DNA of 64,000 bases, taken from assembly GCA_019358935.1 (NCBI GenBank), contig JAHHIK010000012.1, positions 32,001 to 96,000 of the forward strand, written 5' to 3'. The DNA comes from Tolypothrix carrinoi HA7290-LM1. Lineage in GTDB: Bacteria; Cyanobacteriota; Cyanobacteriia; Cyanobacteriales; Nostocaceae. The notes under the pieces are model-generated. The model ran no database searches and was not told where the DNA came from. It saw only the letters and a list, made by a program, of their open reading frames with translations. Position numbers and translations under genes: made by a program. Positions within the stretch are counted from its first letter, which is position 1; each line of letters begins with the position of its first letter. Below are positions 29,259-39,326 of this stretch, one piece after another.

Positions 29259-30226
29259 GTGATGGGACAAGAAAATTTAGAAGCTGTTCTCAACGACTTG
29301 CATTGCAAATACAAGTCACTGCAAGATGGTGCAGTAGCTAAATATATACCGGAATTGGCAAAGGTGAATCCGGAGTTGTTTAGCATCTGCGTTGTAACTG
29401 TTGATGGTGAGGTTTACCAAGTTGGTGATGACAAACAGTTATTTACAATCCAGTCGATTTCCAAGGTGTTTGCATATGGACTTGCGCTTGAGGATCATGG
29501 ACGGGATTATGTTTTAACTAGGGTTGGGGTGGAACCGACGGGAGATGCATTTAATGCAATTATTCTAGATGAGCAATCAAATCGACCATTAAATCCAATG
29601 GTAAATGCGCTCCGCGATCGCCACCACCAGTTTAATCAAGGGTAATGGTGCAACCGAACGTCTCAATCGAATGTTGAATATGTTTCGCGGATACATCGGT
29701 CATGATGTATTCGTTGACATCTCCGTATTTACCTCAGAGCGCTCCACCGGACATCGCAACCGGGCAATGGCGCACTTAATGCTAAACTTTGGCATGATCG
29801 ATCCTAACATTGAAGAATCGCTGGATTTGTACTTCCAGCAATGCGCGGTGATGGTAAATTGCTACGACTTAGCAGTTATGGCAGCTACTTTGGCGAAACA
29901 TTGGTATCAATCCGGTTACAAAAGAGCGTGCCGTGAATAGCAGTTATATAAAAGACATTTTGAGCGTCATGTATACCTGCGGCATGTATAATTTTGCCGG
30001 GGAATGGGCTTATAAAATCGGTATTCCTGCGAAAAGCGGTGTTTGTGGTGGAATTATCGCTATAGTACCAAATAAGATGGGAATCGGAGTATTTTCGCCG
30101 CGTCTTGATGCGCGTGGTAACAGTGTTCTGTCGTTGAAGGTGTGTGAAGAACTTTCCCAGCAGTTAGGCTTACATCTATTTGAGTGTTCGCGCAATAATT
30201 TCAAGTCGGGAGATTTATGTAATTAA
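29259..30226 (+). pseudogene. glsA: Glutaminase A, split by two +1 frameshifts
   Basis: FTIQSISK, NPMVNA|AIATT, MAATLA|NIGINPV and PAKSGVCGG motifs distributed over three frames; shifts at ~29610 and ~29897. Confidence 0.85.
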
Positions 30227-30544
30227 ATTTTATTTTTCTTAAGTAATAATAACCAGAGATTTGGCAATACAAAAAACCGAATTTCCCCTAATTTATTATC
30301 ATTAGATGAGCCTTTAGGAAGAGTAAATTGTATTTGAAATATTTTATAATTATATAAGGAATGCTTAATGCCCGTTATTCAGATTAAAAAAACTAATAGA
30401 ACGAACATGGGAAATAAGGTTATTAACCTTTATTACCTTGATGTTGACTGTTAAAGCATTGAGTACGAACAAGTTAAAATATTTGAGATTCAATCATAGC
30501 ATCTATATTAGCAAATTTTTCAGATTTGGCAAATTAATAATGTA

Positions 30545-32119
30545 ATGTTGTATTTAGCTACAGTCCTGACAGCTAACTTTGATATACGCCTGATTGTCCT
30601 TTCAATTGCTATTGCCATAATTGGTTCATGCATTGCCTTAGATATAGCTGAACAAATCTCGCTTGCTCAAAAATCCAGTCGGCTGTGGTGGGTGACGGGT
30701 AGCGCACTTACCTTAGGAATTACTATCTGGGTAATGCACTTTATTGGCATTCTTTCATATCGACTGCCGATACGAGTTGAATATGATTATACTATCGTCT
30801 TAATTTCAATGGTAGTAGCAATTGTCGGTTCAGCAATAGGATTTTTTATTATTAGCTGTCAGCCGAAAGTGGGTAACGTAACGTTATTAGTTGGGAGCTT
30901 TTTTGTAGCAGGTGCAATTTATGGAATGCACTATACGGCAATGTTAGCACTGAAAGTTTCTGCCGAGCCGGTGCATGACTTAAAGTTAATTCCTCTGAGT
31001 GCTGGAGTAACGATTGGTAATGCATTAAGCGCTTTCTGGCTAACTTTTCATCCCTTTAAAGAGAAGATTGTATCAACAGAAGTGCGAAAGTTTTACACTG
31101 CTTTGCTGATGGGAGGTGCAATTTGTGGAATGCACTACATGGCAATGGCAGGCATTAAGTTTAAGGTGAAAAATGTTTCAGCCTTGTTAGATGTTCCCGG
31201 AGATAATACCGTATTAATAATTGCAATTAGCATTGGGACTTTAATTATTTTAACATTAGGACAACTGGCTGCTTTTTATGGTCGGCGTTTGAGTGCTGAA
31301 TTGGCAACAACAGAAGCTTTGCGTCAAAGCGAAGAACGGCTAGAAGAATTGGTAAAAGAACGCACTCAAGAATTAGAAGCGGCAAAAATGATTGCCGAAG
31401 CTGCCAACCGTACAAAGTCAGAATTTCTAGCTAATATGAATCATGAATTACGAACACCACTAACTGCAATAATTGGGTTTTCGAGCGTACTTTTACAGAA
31501 AGTCTTTGGTCCGTTGAACGACAAACAAGAACAGTATGTTAAGGGAATCAATAAGTGCGGATATCAACAGTTAAATCTGATTAATGACTTGTTGGATTTA
31601 GCTAAAATTGAGGCAGGACGAGAAGAATTAGATATCGTCACTTTAGCAGTAGAACCTATTTGTCAAGACTGTCTTGCGGTGATTCGCGAACAAGCGATCG
31701 CTCGTGGTTTAGATTTATTATTAGAAATTGCGCCAGATGTTACGATTTGTAATGCTGACGATCGCCGATTGCGGCAGATATTATTAAATTTACTTTCAAA
31801 TGCTGTCAAGTTTACCGAATGCGGCTTTGTGAAACTAAAAGTTGAGAAAAAGTCTGGCTTTATTAACTTTGCGGTAATCGATACTGGTATCGGTATTGCC
31901 CCAGAGGATCAACAAAAGCTTTTTCAAACATTTCAGCAAGTCGGTAGCGATCGCGATCGCCAACGTCAAGGTACAGGATTGGGTCTTGCTTTGTCAAAAA
32001 ATTTAGCTTTACTTCATAAAGGCGATATTACAGTTGAGTCTGAGTTAGGAAAGAGTAGTAACTTTACTTTACTTTTACCCGAATCGCCTACTGGCGATTC
32101 TTTGCAAATTGTGGAATAA
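30545..32119 (+). CDS. MHYT-domain membrane sensor histidine kinase
   Basis: MHFIG, MHYTAM and MHYMAM repeats; [29 protein letters not shown] and GTGLGL motifs. Confidence 0.93.
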   Translation: MLYLATVLTANFDIRLIVLSIAIAIIGSCIALDIAEQISLAQKSSRLWWVTGSALTLGITIWVMHFIGILSYRLPIRVEYDYTIVLISMVVAIVGSAIGFFIISCQPKVGNVTLLVGSFFVAGAIYGMHYTAMLALKVSAEPVHDLKLIPLSAGVTIGNALSAFWLTFHPFKEKIVSTEVRKFYTALLMGGAICGMHYMAMAGIKFKVKNVSALLDVPGDNTVLIIAISIGTLIILTLGQLAAFYGRRLSAELATTEALRQSEERLEELVKERTQELEAAKMIAEAANRTKSEFLANMNHELRTPLTAIIGFSSVLLQKVFGPLNDKQEQYVKGINKCGYQQLNLINDLLDLAKIEAGREELDIVTLAVEPICQDCLAVIREQAIARGLDLLLEIAPDVTICNADDRRLRQILLNLLSNAVKFTECGFVKLKVEKKSGFINFAVIDTGIGIAPEDQQKLFQTFQQVGSDRDRQRQGTGLGLALSKNLALLHKGDITVESELGKSSNFTLLLPESPTGDSLQIVE

Positions 32120-33042
32120 AGCGATCGCTATTTTCACGATTACTTTATACTTAATTATTTTTTGATAAACTAAATGCTCATTTTCTTACGTACTGAGTTA
32201 TACATAAAACAATAAATTTACGAAAATACTCGGCTTTTAAAACATAGCTTTGTAAAAAATTCATAAACTCTTAATAGTCTTTACAGTTAGTTTAAAAACG
32301 ATTTCATATTTAGCTATAAGATAAAAATAGTTGTGTCGCTACTAAGACGCTCTGGACTAATATGTAAATTACTCTTGCACATCATGTTTATAACAACAGA
32401 CTCTAAAAACTGGCTACAGCAAAGCCGTTATAGTAGTCGGGGAAGTGTGTACTTATTCGCTCCGATGGTCAACTTCAACATAATGGCTGAAGTTGGTGAC
32501 ACTCCACCCTAGATGTGCATGTATTTACTTGGAAATTTTTAGATAAATTCAATAATTACATCCAAATGAAGTAAGAAAATTTTACTTTTGTGTTGGTATC
32601 ACTTAAACAGATGTAATTTAGTTTAAATCGCTGCTTTTGTAATTGAATAACGCGCATCAAACAGCCGATAAAATCTGCATGTATAGATTAGTAATTCTGC
32701 AGTTATCTTGACAGGCAAATTGACTCTTATTCGGTTCTTAATTAGTTCCGAATATATAAAGCAGTGTCTCTAATTTCCAGTAAATATCAATATTCAATAC
32801 TAACTACCAAAGTTGCTTGTAAGCAAATAAAGCATCTCTTAGACAGCTTTATCTAACAATTAAATAATACCTGCGTTTAATTCTCACAAATACCTTTTGG
32901 TTTTTCAAAGTTTGCTCAACCATTTGGTTTGTATCTGTGGTTTTTAATCACTATACATTCCGAGAATGCAGATTAAAAAGTATATCTGACAACGCAGAAC
33001 AGAATGCAAACATCAAGACAACTATTTATCTGGGTGAAAATC

Positions 33043-33747
33043 ATGAATAACCACGGCTATATCTCAAAGCGGAAAAAAATCCAAGAAACTGTTTTAACTA
33101 ACTTGTTAAAAGGTATACCTACAAATTTCGTGGGTAGCAAATTGCGAACTTCGCTGTATCGTAATATTTTTGGCAAAATAGGTAACTCAGTTTATATTCA
33201 ACACGGTGTTGAATTCATCAACACTCCTTGTATTGAAATAGGCAATAATGTGCAGATTTTACGAGGTGTTAATCTCGATGCGAGTGGAGATAAAAACAAT
33301 AAAATTTATTTAGCAGATAAAGTTGGTCTTAACTATGGTGTTGATATAAATGCGTTAAGAAATACGTGTATATATATAGATGAATCTACCTTCATCGGTC
33401 CTTATGTTTGTATTGCTGGTCCCGGCAATATTAAGATTGGTAAAAACTGTTTAATTGCGGCACACACCGGAATATTCGCTAATAATCATATTTTTTCAGA
33501 TCCCACCCAGTTGATTGGCTTACAAGGTATAACTCGCGAGGGAATTGTAATTGAAGATGATTGTTGGTTAGGTTCTGGAGTGAAGGTATTAGATGGAGTT
33601 ACTATCGGTAAAGGTAGTGTTATTGGTGCCGGTTCTGTTGTTACCAAAAATATTCCTCCTTTTTCAGTTGCTGTAGGTGTTCCGGCACGAGTAATTAAAA
33701 GCCGTAATACCCAAATTGCAGAATCTTCAATGTTAAGGTTGACCTAA
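33043..33747 (+). CDS. Hexapeptide-repeat (left-handed beta-helix) acyltransferase
   Basis: IVIEDDCWLGSGVKVLDGVTIGKGSVIGAGSVV...GVPARVIK motif. Confidence 0.92.
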   Translation: MNNHGYISKRKKIQETVLTNLLKGIPTNFVGSKLRTSLYRNIFGKIGNSVYIQHGVEFINTPCIEIGNNVQILRGVNLDASGDKNNKIYLADKVGLNYGVDINALRNTCIYIDESTFIGPYVCIAGPGNIKIGKNCLIAAHTGIFANNHIFSDPTQLIGLQGITREGIVIEDDCWLGSGVKVLDGVTIGKGSVIGAGSVVTKNIPPFSVAVGVPARVIKSRNTQIAESSMLRLT

Positions 33748-33900
33748 GTTTGTACAAATAAAGCCTGGTAATTTGATATACAAATAGGCGAATATTTATT
33801 AGTTTTTAACGTAATTTAATTATGCAAAAATTATCATTTGCATAATTAAATTGCCGTTTTTAAACTTGACAAATCATATATAGATAAGGAAATTGATTTA

Positions 33901-35103
33901 ATGATTCAATTAATAGAAAAAGCTCCGGAAAAACGGTTGCGTCTTCAGTATTTAGATGGCTTACGTGGACTGGCAGCAGTGTATGTGGTACTTGTCCATA
34001 TCGAACCATCTATAGGAGAACAATTGCCTAATTGGTTGCAACTTTTTATCAAAACATTAAGATATGGTCGCGTTAGTGTTGTAGTGTTTATTATACTTTC
34101 TGGCTACGTTTTGATGGCATCAGTAGTTCGCTCGCCAAACGGTTATGTAGCTGGAGGTTTGTTGGGTTATATTAAGCGGCGATCGCGTCGAATTTTACCA
34201 CCATACTATGCTGCTCTTTTTTTCTGCGTCTTACTAGCAGCAGCAATATTTATATTAGAGAAATTTACTAATTTTCAATGGAATGAAATAGCTGGTAAAG
34301 GTCCATTTTCTCCTTACTTTTCCTTGAGTGATTTCTGCTCTCACCTGCTACTAATTCACAATGTTATTCCAGGTGCCTATATGTCCATTAATCCACCATT
34401 GTGGACAGTGGCTACTGAATGGCAGTTATACTTTATATTTCCGCTATTCTTACTACCTATATGGCGACGTTTTGGATTAACTTCAGTTGTTATCGCTGCT
34501 TTTTTAATTGGAATAGCACCCTTATATCTTTTCAATGGATTGTTTGAAACAGCTAGTCCTTGGTTTCTTGGTTTATTTGCCTTGGGAATGGCAGCAGCAG
34601 ATATTGGACTTTCGCAAAAATCGAAGTTAATTACTATTAGAAATTCTCTCCCGTGGGGTGTATTGACAATTATATTTACTGGCGTAGCTTTTTTAACTGA
34701 GTGGCGAAAATTGGGATTGCATATATGGATTAGTGAAAGTTTTTTTGGTCTGGCATCTGCTTGTTTATTTATTTACTGCACCAAGTTTGCGATCGCTGAC
34801 AAAAAACTACCTTCAATTCTACGTGTATTTGAGCATCCGATTGCGATACTCTTTCAGAGTCACTTCGTGAACGCACTCGGAGTATTTTCTTATAGTCTCT
34901 ATCTCACTCATGGACCAGTATTAGTATTGGTACGTTACTTTCTTTTTAGTCTGCAATTATCTCCAGTATTATTTGCGGTTACATCTTACACATTAGGTCT
35001 GGCAACGTCGTTAGTAATTGCTTATTTGTTTTACTTACTTTTTGAAAGACCATTTATGTCTGGTTTCTTAAAGAAGCGGAAAGTCAAAGATGCAGTAAGT
35101 TGA
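33901..35103 (+). CDS. Acyltransferase-3 (OafA-like) membrane O-acyltransferase, paralog 1
   Basis: LDGLRGLAA, FIILSGY, RRILPPYY, LWTVATEWQLY, SYSLYLTH and FERP motifs. Confidence 0.92.
   Translation: MIQLIEKAPEKRLRLQYLDGLRGLAAVYVVLVHIEPSIGEQLPNWLQLFIKTLRYGRVSVVVFIILSGYVLMASVVRSPNGYVAGGLLGYIKRRSRRILPPYYAALFFCVLLAAAIFILEKFTNFQWNEIAGKGPFSPYFSLSDFCSHLLLIHNVIPGAYMSINPPLWTVATEWQLYFIFPLFLLPIWRRFGLTSVVIAAFLIGIAPLYLFNGLFETASPWFLGLFALGMAAADIGLSQKSKLITIRNSLPWGVLTIIFTGVAFLTEWRKLGLHIWISESFFGLASACLFIYCTKFAIADKKLPSILRVFEHPIAILFQSHFVNALGVFSYSLYLTHGPVLVLVRYFLFSLQLSPVLFAVTSYTLGLATSLVIAYLFYLLFERPFMSGFLKKRKVKDAVS
34848..34871 (+). mobile_element. 24-bp small dispersed repeat inserted in a HIP1 site
   Basis: GCGAT[ACTCTTTCAGAGTCACTTCGTGAA]CGC; two mini-hairpins with TTC loops; in frame. 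Confidence 0.75.
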
Positions 35104-35294
35104 CCAAATAATTATTAATTCATAATTCATAATTCATAATTAAAAAAATGGGTATTTGCGCGAACACGCTCATTAAAAATAAGCTAAAATTTCTTAAGCT
35201 AAAAGTTCAAGCTGACACTGATTGAAGTTAGGAATTATTAATTATTAATTACATTAATACAGTAGGTTGAGCTACTATTTATTTTCACATAATT

Positions 35295-35450
35295 CAATAC
35301 GGTTCAGTTAAGCATTTTTTCCTTCTCTCTGTGTCGCGCCAGTCGCTACAACGGGGGGAACCCCCGCAACGCGCTGGCTTCTCTGCGCCTCTGCGGTTCG
35401 TTAAAAAATTGACTTTGACAAAGAGTTTTAACCTTAACTGAACCGTATTT
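35295..35450. mobile_element. 156-bp MITE (Nezha-like geometry)
   Basis: TIRs CAATACGGTTCAGTTAAG / CTTAACTGAACCGTATTT; 10-bp direct repeat TCACATAATT on both sides (35285-35294 and 35451-35460). Confidence 0.88.
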
Positions 35451-35490
35451 TCACATAATTAGCAAAAAAACAAAACAGGATGTTAATTTA

Positions 35491-36693
35491 ATGAAACAAT
35501 TAACTACGACATCTACTGACGAGAGAATACGTCTGCATTTCTTAGATGGAATACGTGGTTTGGCAGCATTGTATGTGGTATTTTGTCATATTTTGCCGCA
35601 CCAAGGGGAAAACTTACCTCTATGGATAAGTTTGCCAACAAAACTATTAAGATATGGTTCTTTTAGTGTGGCAATTTTTATTGTACTTTCTGGCTACTGT
35701 TTAATGTTGCCAGTAACTCGCTCTCAAATCGGTTACATTCCCGGAAATTTATTTAATTACTTTAAAAAAAGAGCGCGAAGAATTTTACCACCTTTTTATG
35801 CAGCTATTATTTTCTGCTGTATATTAGCTCTGATAATATTAACTCTAGAACGATTTACGACTTTTCAATGGCGTGAGGTTCAGTACGATTGGTTTTCTCC
35901 TTACTTCTCATTTTTAGATGTAATTTTGCACTTTTTAGTAATTCATAATTTTGTTCCAGGAACTGATGTTTATATTATGAATATACCATTATGGAGTGTG
36001 GCTTTAGAATGGCAGATTTACTTTTTATTTCCTTTAGTTTTTCTACCTGTGTTGCGACGTTGGGGTTTGTTGTCAGTGATAGCGATCGCTTTTCTAATTG
36101 GACTTACACCCCACTATTTATTTAATAATTATATGGACCCAAGCCGTCCTTGGTTTGTCGGTTCATTTACTATCGGAATGGCTGCGGCAGAAATCGCATT
36201 TTCACAACAGCCACAACTAATAAAACTCAATAAATCTTTGCCGTGGGGTAAGCTAGCGGCAATTTTTGCAAGCGTTGCTATCATCACTGAATGGAAAAAA
36301 TTAGGAGTTGATGCTTGGATTTTCGAGACTTTCGCGAGTATAGCTGCCGCTTGTCTAATAATCTACTGCACCAAGATTGTGATTGAACGGAAAACACCAC
36401 CTTTAATTATGAGACTATTCGAGCATCCGATTGCGATACTCTTTCAGAGTCACTTCGTGAACGCACTCTCGACATTTTCCTACAGTCTGTATCTCACTCA
36501 CGGACCAGTAGAAACGCTAATCAATCACTGGCTTGTTACTTTAAATATGTCTCCGGTAATGTTTGCAGTGACATTATACTTATTGAGTGTGGGAATCTCG
36601 TTAATATTTGCCTATTTGTTTTACTTAGCCTTTGAGCGACCTTTTATGTCTGGTTTCTTAAAAAAGCGGAAAGTCAAAGATGCAATTAGTTGA
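35491..36693 (+). CDS. Acyltransferase-3 (OafA-like) membrane O-acyltransferase, paralog 2
   Basis: LDGIRGLAA, FIVLSGY, LWSVALEWQIY and SYSLYLTH motifs; tandem paralog of 33901..35103. Confidence 0.92.
   Translation: MKQLTTTSTDERIRLHFLDGIRGLAALYVVFCHILPHQGENLPLWISLPTKLLRYGSFSVAIFIVLSGYCLMLPVTRSQIGYIPGNLFNYFKKRARRILPPFYAAIIFCCILALIILTLERFTTFQWREVQYDWFSPYFSFLDVILHFLVIHNFVPGTDVYIMNIPLWSVALEWQIYFLFPLVFLPVLRRWGLLSVIAIAFLIGLTPHYLFNNYMDPSRPWFVGSFTIGMAAAEIAFSQQPQLIKLNKSLPWGKLAAIFASVAIITEWKKLGVDAWIFETFASIAAACLIIYCTKIVIERKTPPLIMRLFEHPIAILFQSHFVNALSTFSYSLYLTHGPVETLINHWLVTLNMSPVMFAVTLYLLSVGISLIFAYLFYLAFERPFMSGFLKKRKVKDAIS
36438..36461 (+). mobile_element. 24-bp small dispersed repeat inserted in a HIP1 site (identical to 34848-34871)
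   Basis: GCGAT[ACTCTTTCAGAGTCACTTCGTGAA]CGC. Confidence 0.75.
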
Positions 36694-36938
36694 GAATTAC
36701 AGAAAACCTAGAAATAAAATGCAGCTTGTTTGTAGGGAATTTTACTTCACTACATTTTTTTGTTAATTTTATAATATCAAAGCGATCGCTCTTTTCTATG
36801 TCAAAATTTATAGTTAGACGATATTCCCAGTTTAGCATTAACCCCCAGACAGATTTTTAAAAAAGCAAAATTACTCTAGCCGCAGTAAAATTTTGTAAGC
36901 TATAACCGGAAAAAGACAATGATGGATGGGTAGAACAA

Positions 36939-37397
36939 GTGCGAAAAAATCAACTGCTTTACATCTTATTTGCACTTAGCTTACTAAGCATTTTAGGCTT
37001 TTCTTACGTCTCGGATCTCTCAGAGCGATCGCCAATCACTAGTTGCCGCAGATGGGGATTTTATTCGTCAAAAGGTGAAAAATATTACGCTCATCCAGAG
37101 AAAATTGTGGTAAAGCCTTGGGTTGGTCCGCATAATGTTTACGGCATGTTCATGATTCCGGATGGATATCGTAATGACTTTTTCTTTACAGTCACAATAG
37201 ATAAAACTGACGTTCACTGCGGAGTTATGGATGAAGTTGCTACAAAATTTGCCGCAGGCGTAAATGCCAAACCAGGATATTATCTGATAAAAGGACTTTT
37301 GAACACGCGAGTTGCTCTTCAACTAATTATCCAAGGTAAAGGAGATCAATTAAAGCAGCCACAAAATTGGAGAGTGGGTTACGTCAATAAAGAATGA
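36939..37397 (+). CDS. Hypothetical protein with N-terminal hydrophobic/signal segment
   Basis: 152-aa ORF; no family recognised. Confidence 0.65.
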   Translation: MRKNQLLYILFALSLLSILGFSYVSDLSERSPITSCRRWGFYSSKGEKYYAHPEKIVVKPWVGPHNVYGMFMIPDGYRNDFFFTVTIDKTDVHCGVMDEVATKFAAGVNAKPGYYLIKGLLNTRVALQLIIQGKGDQLKQPQNWRVGYVNKE

Positions 37398-37526
37398 GGG
37401 GAATGGGGAATGGGGAATGGGTAATGGGTAATGGGTAATAACTTTTCTCATTTCCACGTTCCCAATTCCCAATTACCAATTCCCAATTCCCCATTACCAA
37501 TGCCCATTGCCCAATTCCCAATTCCT

Positions 37527-38735
37527 TCATACCAACATCCCCGCAATACAAGCGGTGATAAAACCGGCAAGCAATCCGCCAATCATCGACTTTACACCCA
37601 TACGTGCCAAATCGTGCTGGCGGTTCGGTGCCATCCCGGTAATTCCACCGATGGTAATTCCGATTGAGCCGATATTCGCAAAATTACACAGCGCGTAAGT
37701 TGCAATAATTACTCCTCGCTGGGAAATTTTGCCATCCTTAATCAGTTTCCCCAAATCCACGTAAGCAATAAACTCATTTAAAATAGTCTTTTTACCCAAC
37801 AACGCTCCGACTTGTCCGCAATCAGCTAAAGGCACGCCCATCAACCACGCCAAAGGTGCCATAATAAAAGATAATATCCATTCCAATGACAACTGCGGTA
37901 AATTAACAAGCGCTCCCAACCATCCCAGCAGCGCATTCGCAGCGGCTAACAATCCCAAAAAGGCAATAATCATCACCCCCACATTAACGGCTAATTTCAC
38001 GCCGTCAAGCGCCCCTGTTGTAGCAGCATCAATGACATTGACGTAATTCGTCTGAACATCCATCTTTATCTTACCCACTGTGTCCGATACTTCCGTTTCT
38101 GGGTAAAGCAGTTTTGCTACTACCAATGCAGTAGGGGCTGTCATAAAGAAAGCGGCAATCAAGTGTTCTGCTGGTATACCAAACGATAAATAAGCACCCA
38201 GTACTCCACCGGCAATTGTGGCAAAACCGCCTGTCATTACCGCGAACAATTCTGATTGCGTCATTGTTGCGACAAAGGGTTTAACAATTAGCGGTGATTC
38301 AGTCGGTCCCAAAAAGATATTACCAGCAGTCGATAAAGACTCAGCCCCCGATGTTTTCATTGTCTTCATCATCACCCACGCCAGCTTATTCACCACCCAC
38401 TGCAAAATACCGTAGTGGTACAATACACTGATAAAGGCAGAGAAAAAGATAATTGTTGGTAGCACTTGAAAGGCAAATAAATGCTCTTTAAAATTCTCTC
38501 CAAAGACAAATTTGGCACCTTCATCAGAGAATGCTAAAAAATTACTTACCACATCGCCGAGAGATTTAAATACAGCTAAACCACCGGGAGTTTTCAGAAT
38601 TAGCAGCGCAAATACAAACTCTAAACCTAACCCCCAAGCGATAGTTCGCCAACGTATAGCGCGACGGTTGTTAGATAAAAAGTAGGATATGGCGATGAAA
38701 ACTAATACACCCAATGCGGAAATAGCTCGTTCCAT
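37527..38735 (-). CDS. NupC/CNT-family Na+/H+ nucleoside cotransporter
   Basis: [39 protein letters not shown] and [11 protein letters not shown] motifs; start placed at MERAI. Confidence 0.93.
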   Translation of the reverse strand: MERAISALGVLVFIAISYFLSNNRRAIRWRTIAWGLGLEFVFALLILKTPGGLAVFKSLGDVVSNFLAFSDEGAKFVFGENFKEHLFAFQVLPTIIFFSAFISVLYHYGILQWVVNKLAWVMMKTMKTSGAESLSTAGNIFLGPTESPLIVKPFVATMTQSELFAVMTGGFATIAGGVLGAYLSFGIPAEHLIAAFFMTAPTALVVAKLLYPETEVSDTVGKIKMDVQTNYVNVIDAATTGALDGVKLAVNVGVMIIAFLGLLAAANALLGWLGALVNLPQLSLEWILSFIMAPLAWLMGVPLADCGQVGALLGKKTILNEFIAYVDLGKLIKDGKISQRGVIIATYALCNFANIGSIGITIGGITGMAPNRQHDLARMGVKSMIGGLLAGFITACIAGMLV

Positions 38736-38987
38736 TTTGACTCCAAGGCAATTAAGATATTGAAGCACTAAGACACAAAGAATACACAAAAATATATCCC
38801 TTTTTTTACTTCCTGATGTCTTTAGTGGTAAACCACCTTTTCGCTCTTATTTCTGTTCACTATAAACAAATTTATTTTTGTAGTTAGGGCGCGAGTTTGT
38901 GCAGCAATCTTTTTTACACTTGGTTTCTTCTAAAATTGAGTTATTTACTGCTTAAAAAACAGGTAAAATTAACTTAGGAAATTATTG

Positions 38988-39252
38988 ATGATACCTAGTT
39001 TCAGAAAATACCATCGCCAAGCAAGCGATCGCTCTTTGTATCCCCTTATTTCTCACCGTACTCAGCGGTATGGGTTTTACTATTGCCCATGAATGGTTGC
39101 ATCAAGATGAGTTAGGTGAATTTCTCCTCGGACTTCACACCTTGGAAATTTTACATCTAGAGAAAATTTATCCCCTCTTGACTGGTTTGGGGTTAGTCGG
39201 CTTGTTAATTACTGGTGTCAGTATGACAGGTTTATTTCGCAAAAGAGCTTAA
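38988..39252 (+). pseudogene. Small PepSY-TM-like membrane protein, frameshifted near its 5' end
   Basis: MIPSFRKYHRQ in one frame; AIALCIPLFLTVLSGMG...LLGLHTLE in the +1 frame from 39025. Confidence 0.65.
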
Positions 39253-39326
39253 GAATTATCTCACGCTCCAGACGCTCCAGACGCAAAGAAATACTCCGCG
39301 CCTCCGCGCCTGGAGCGTGAGATAAT

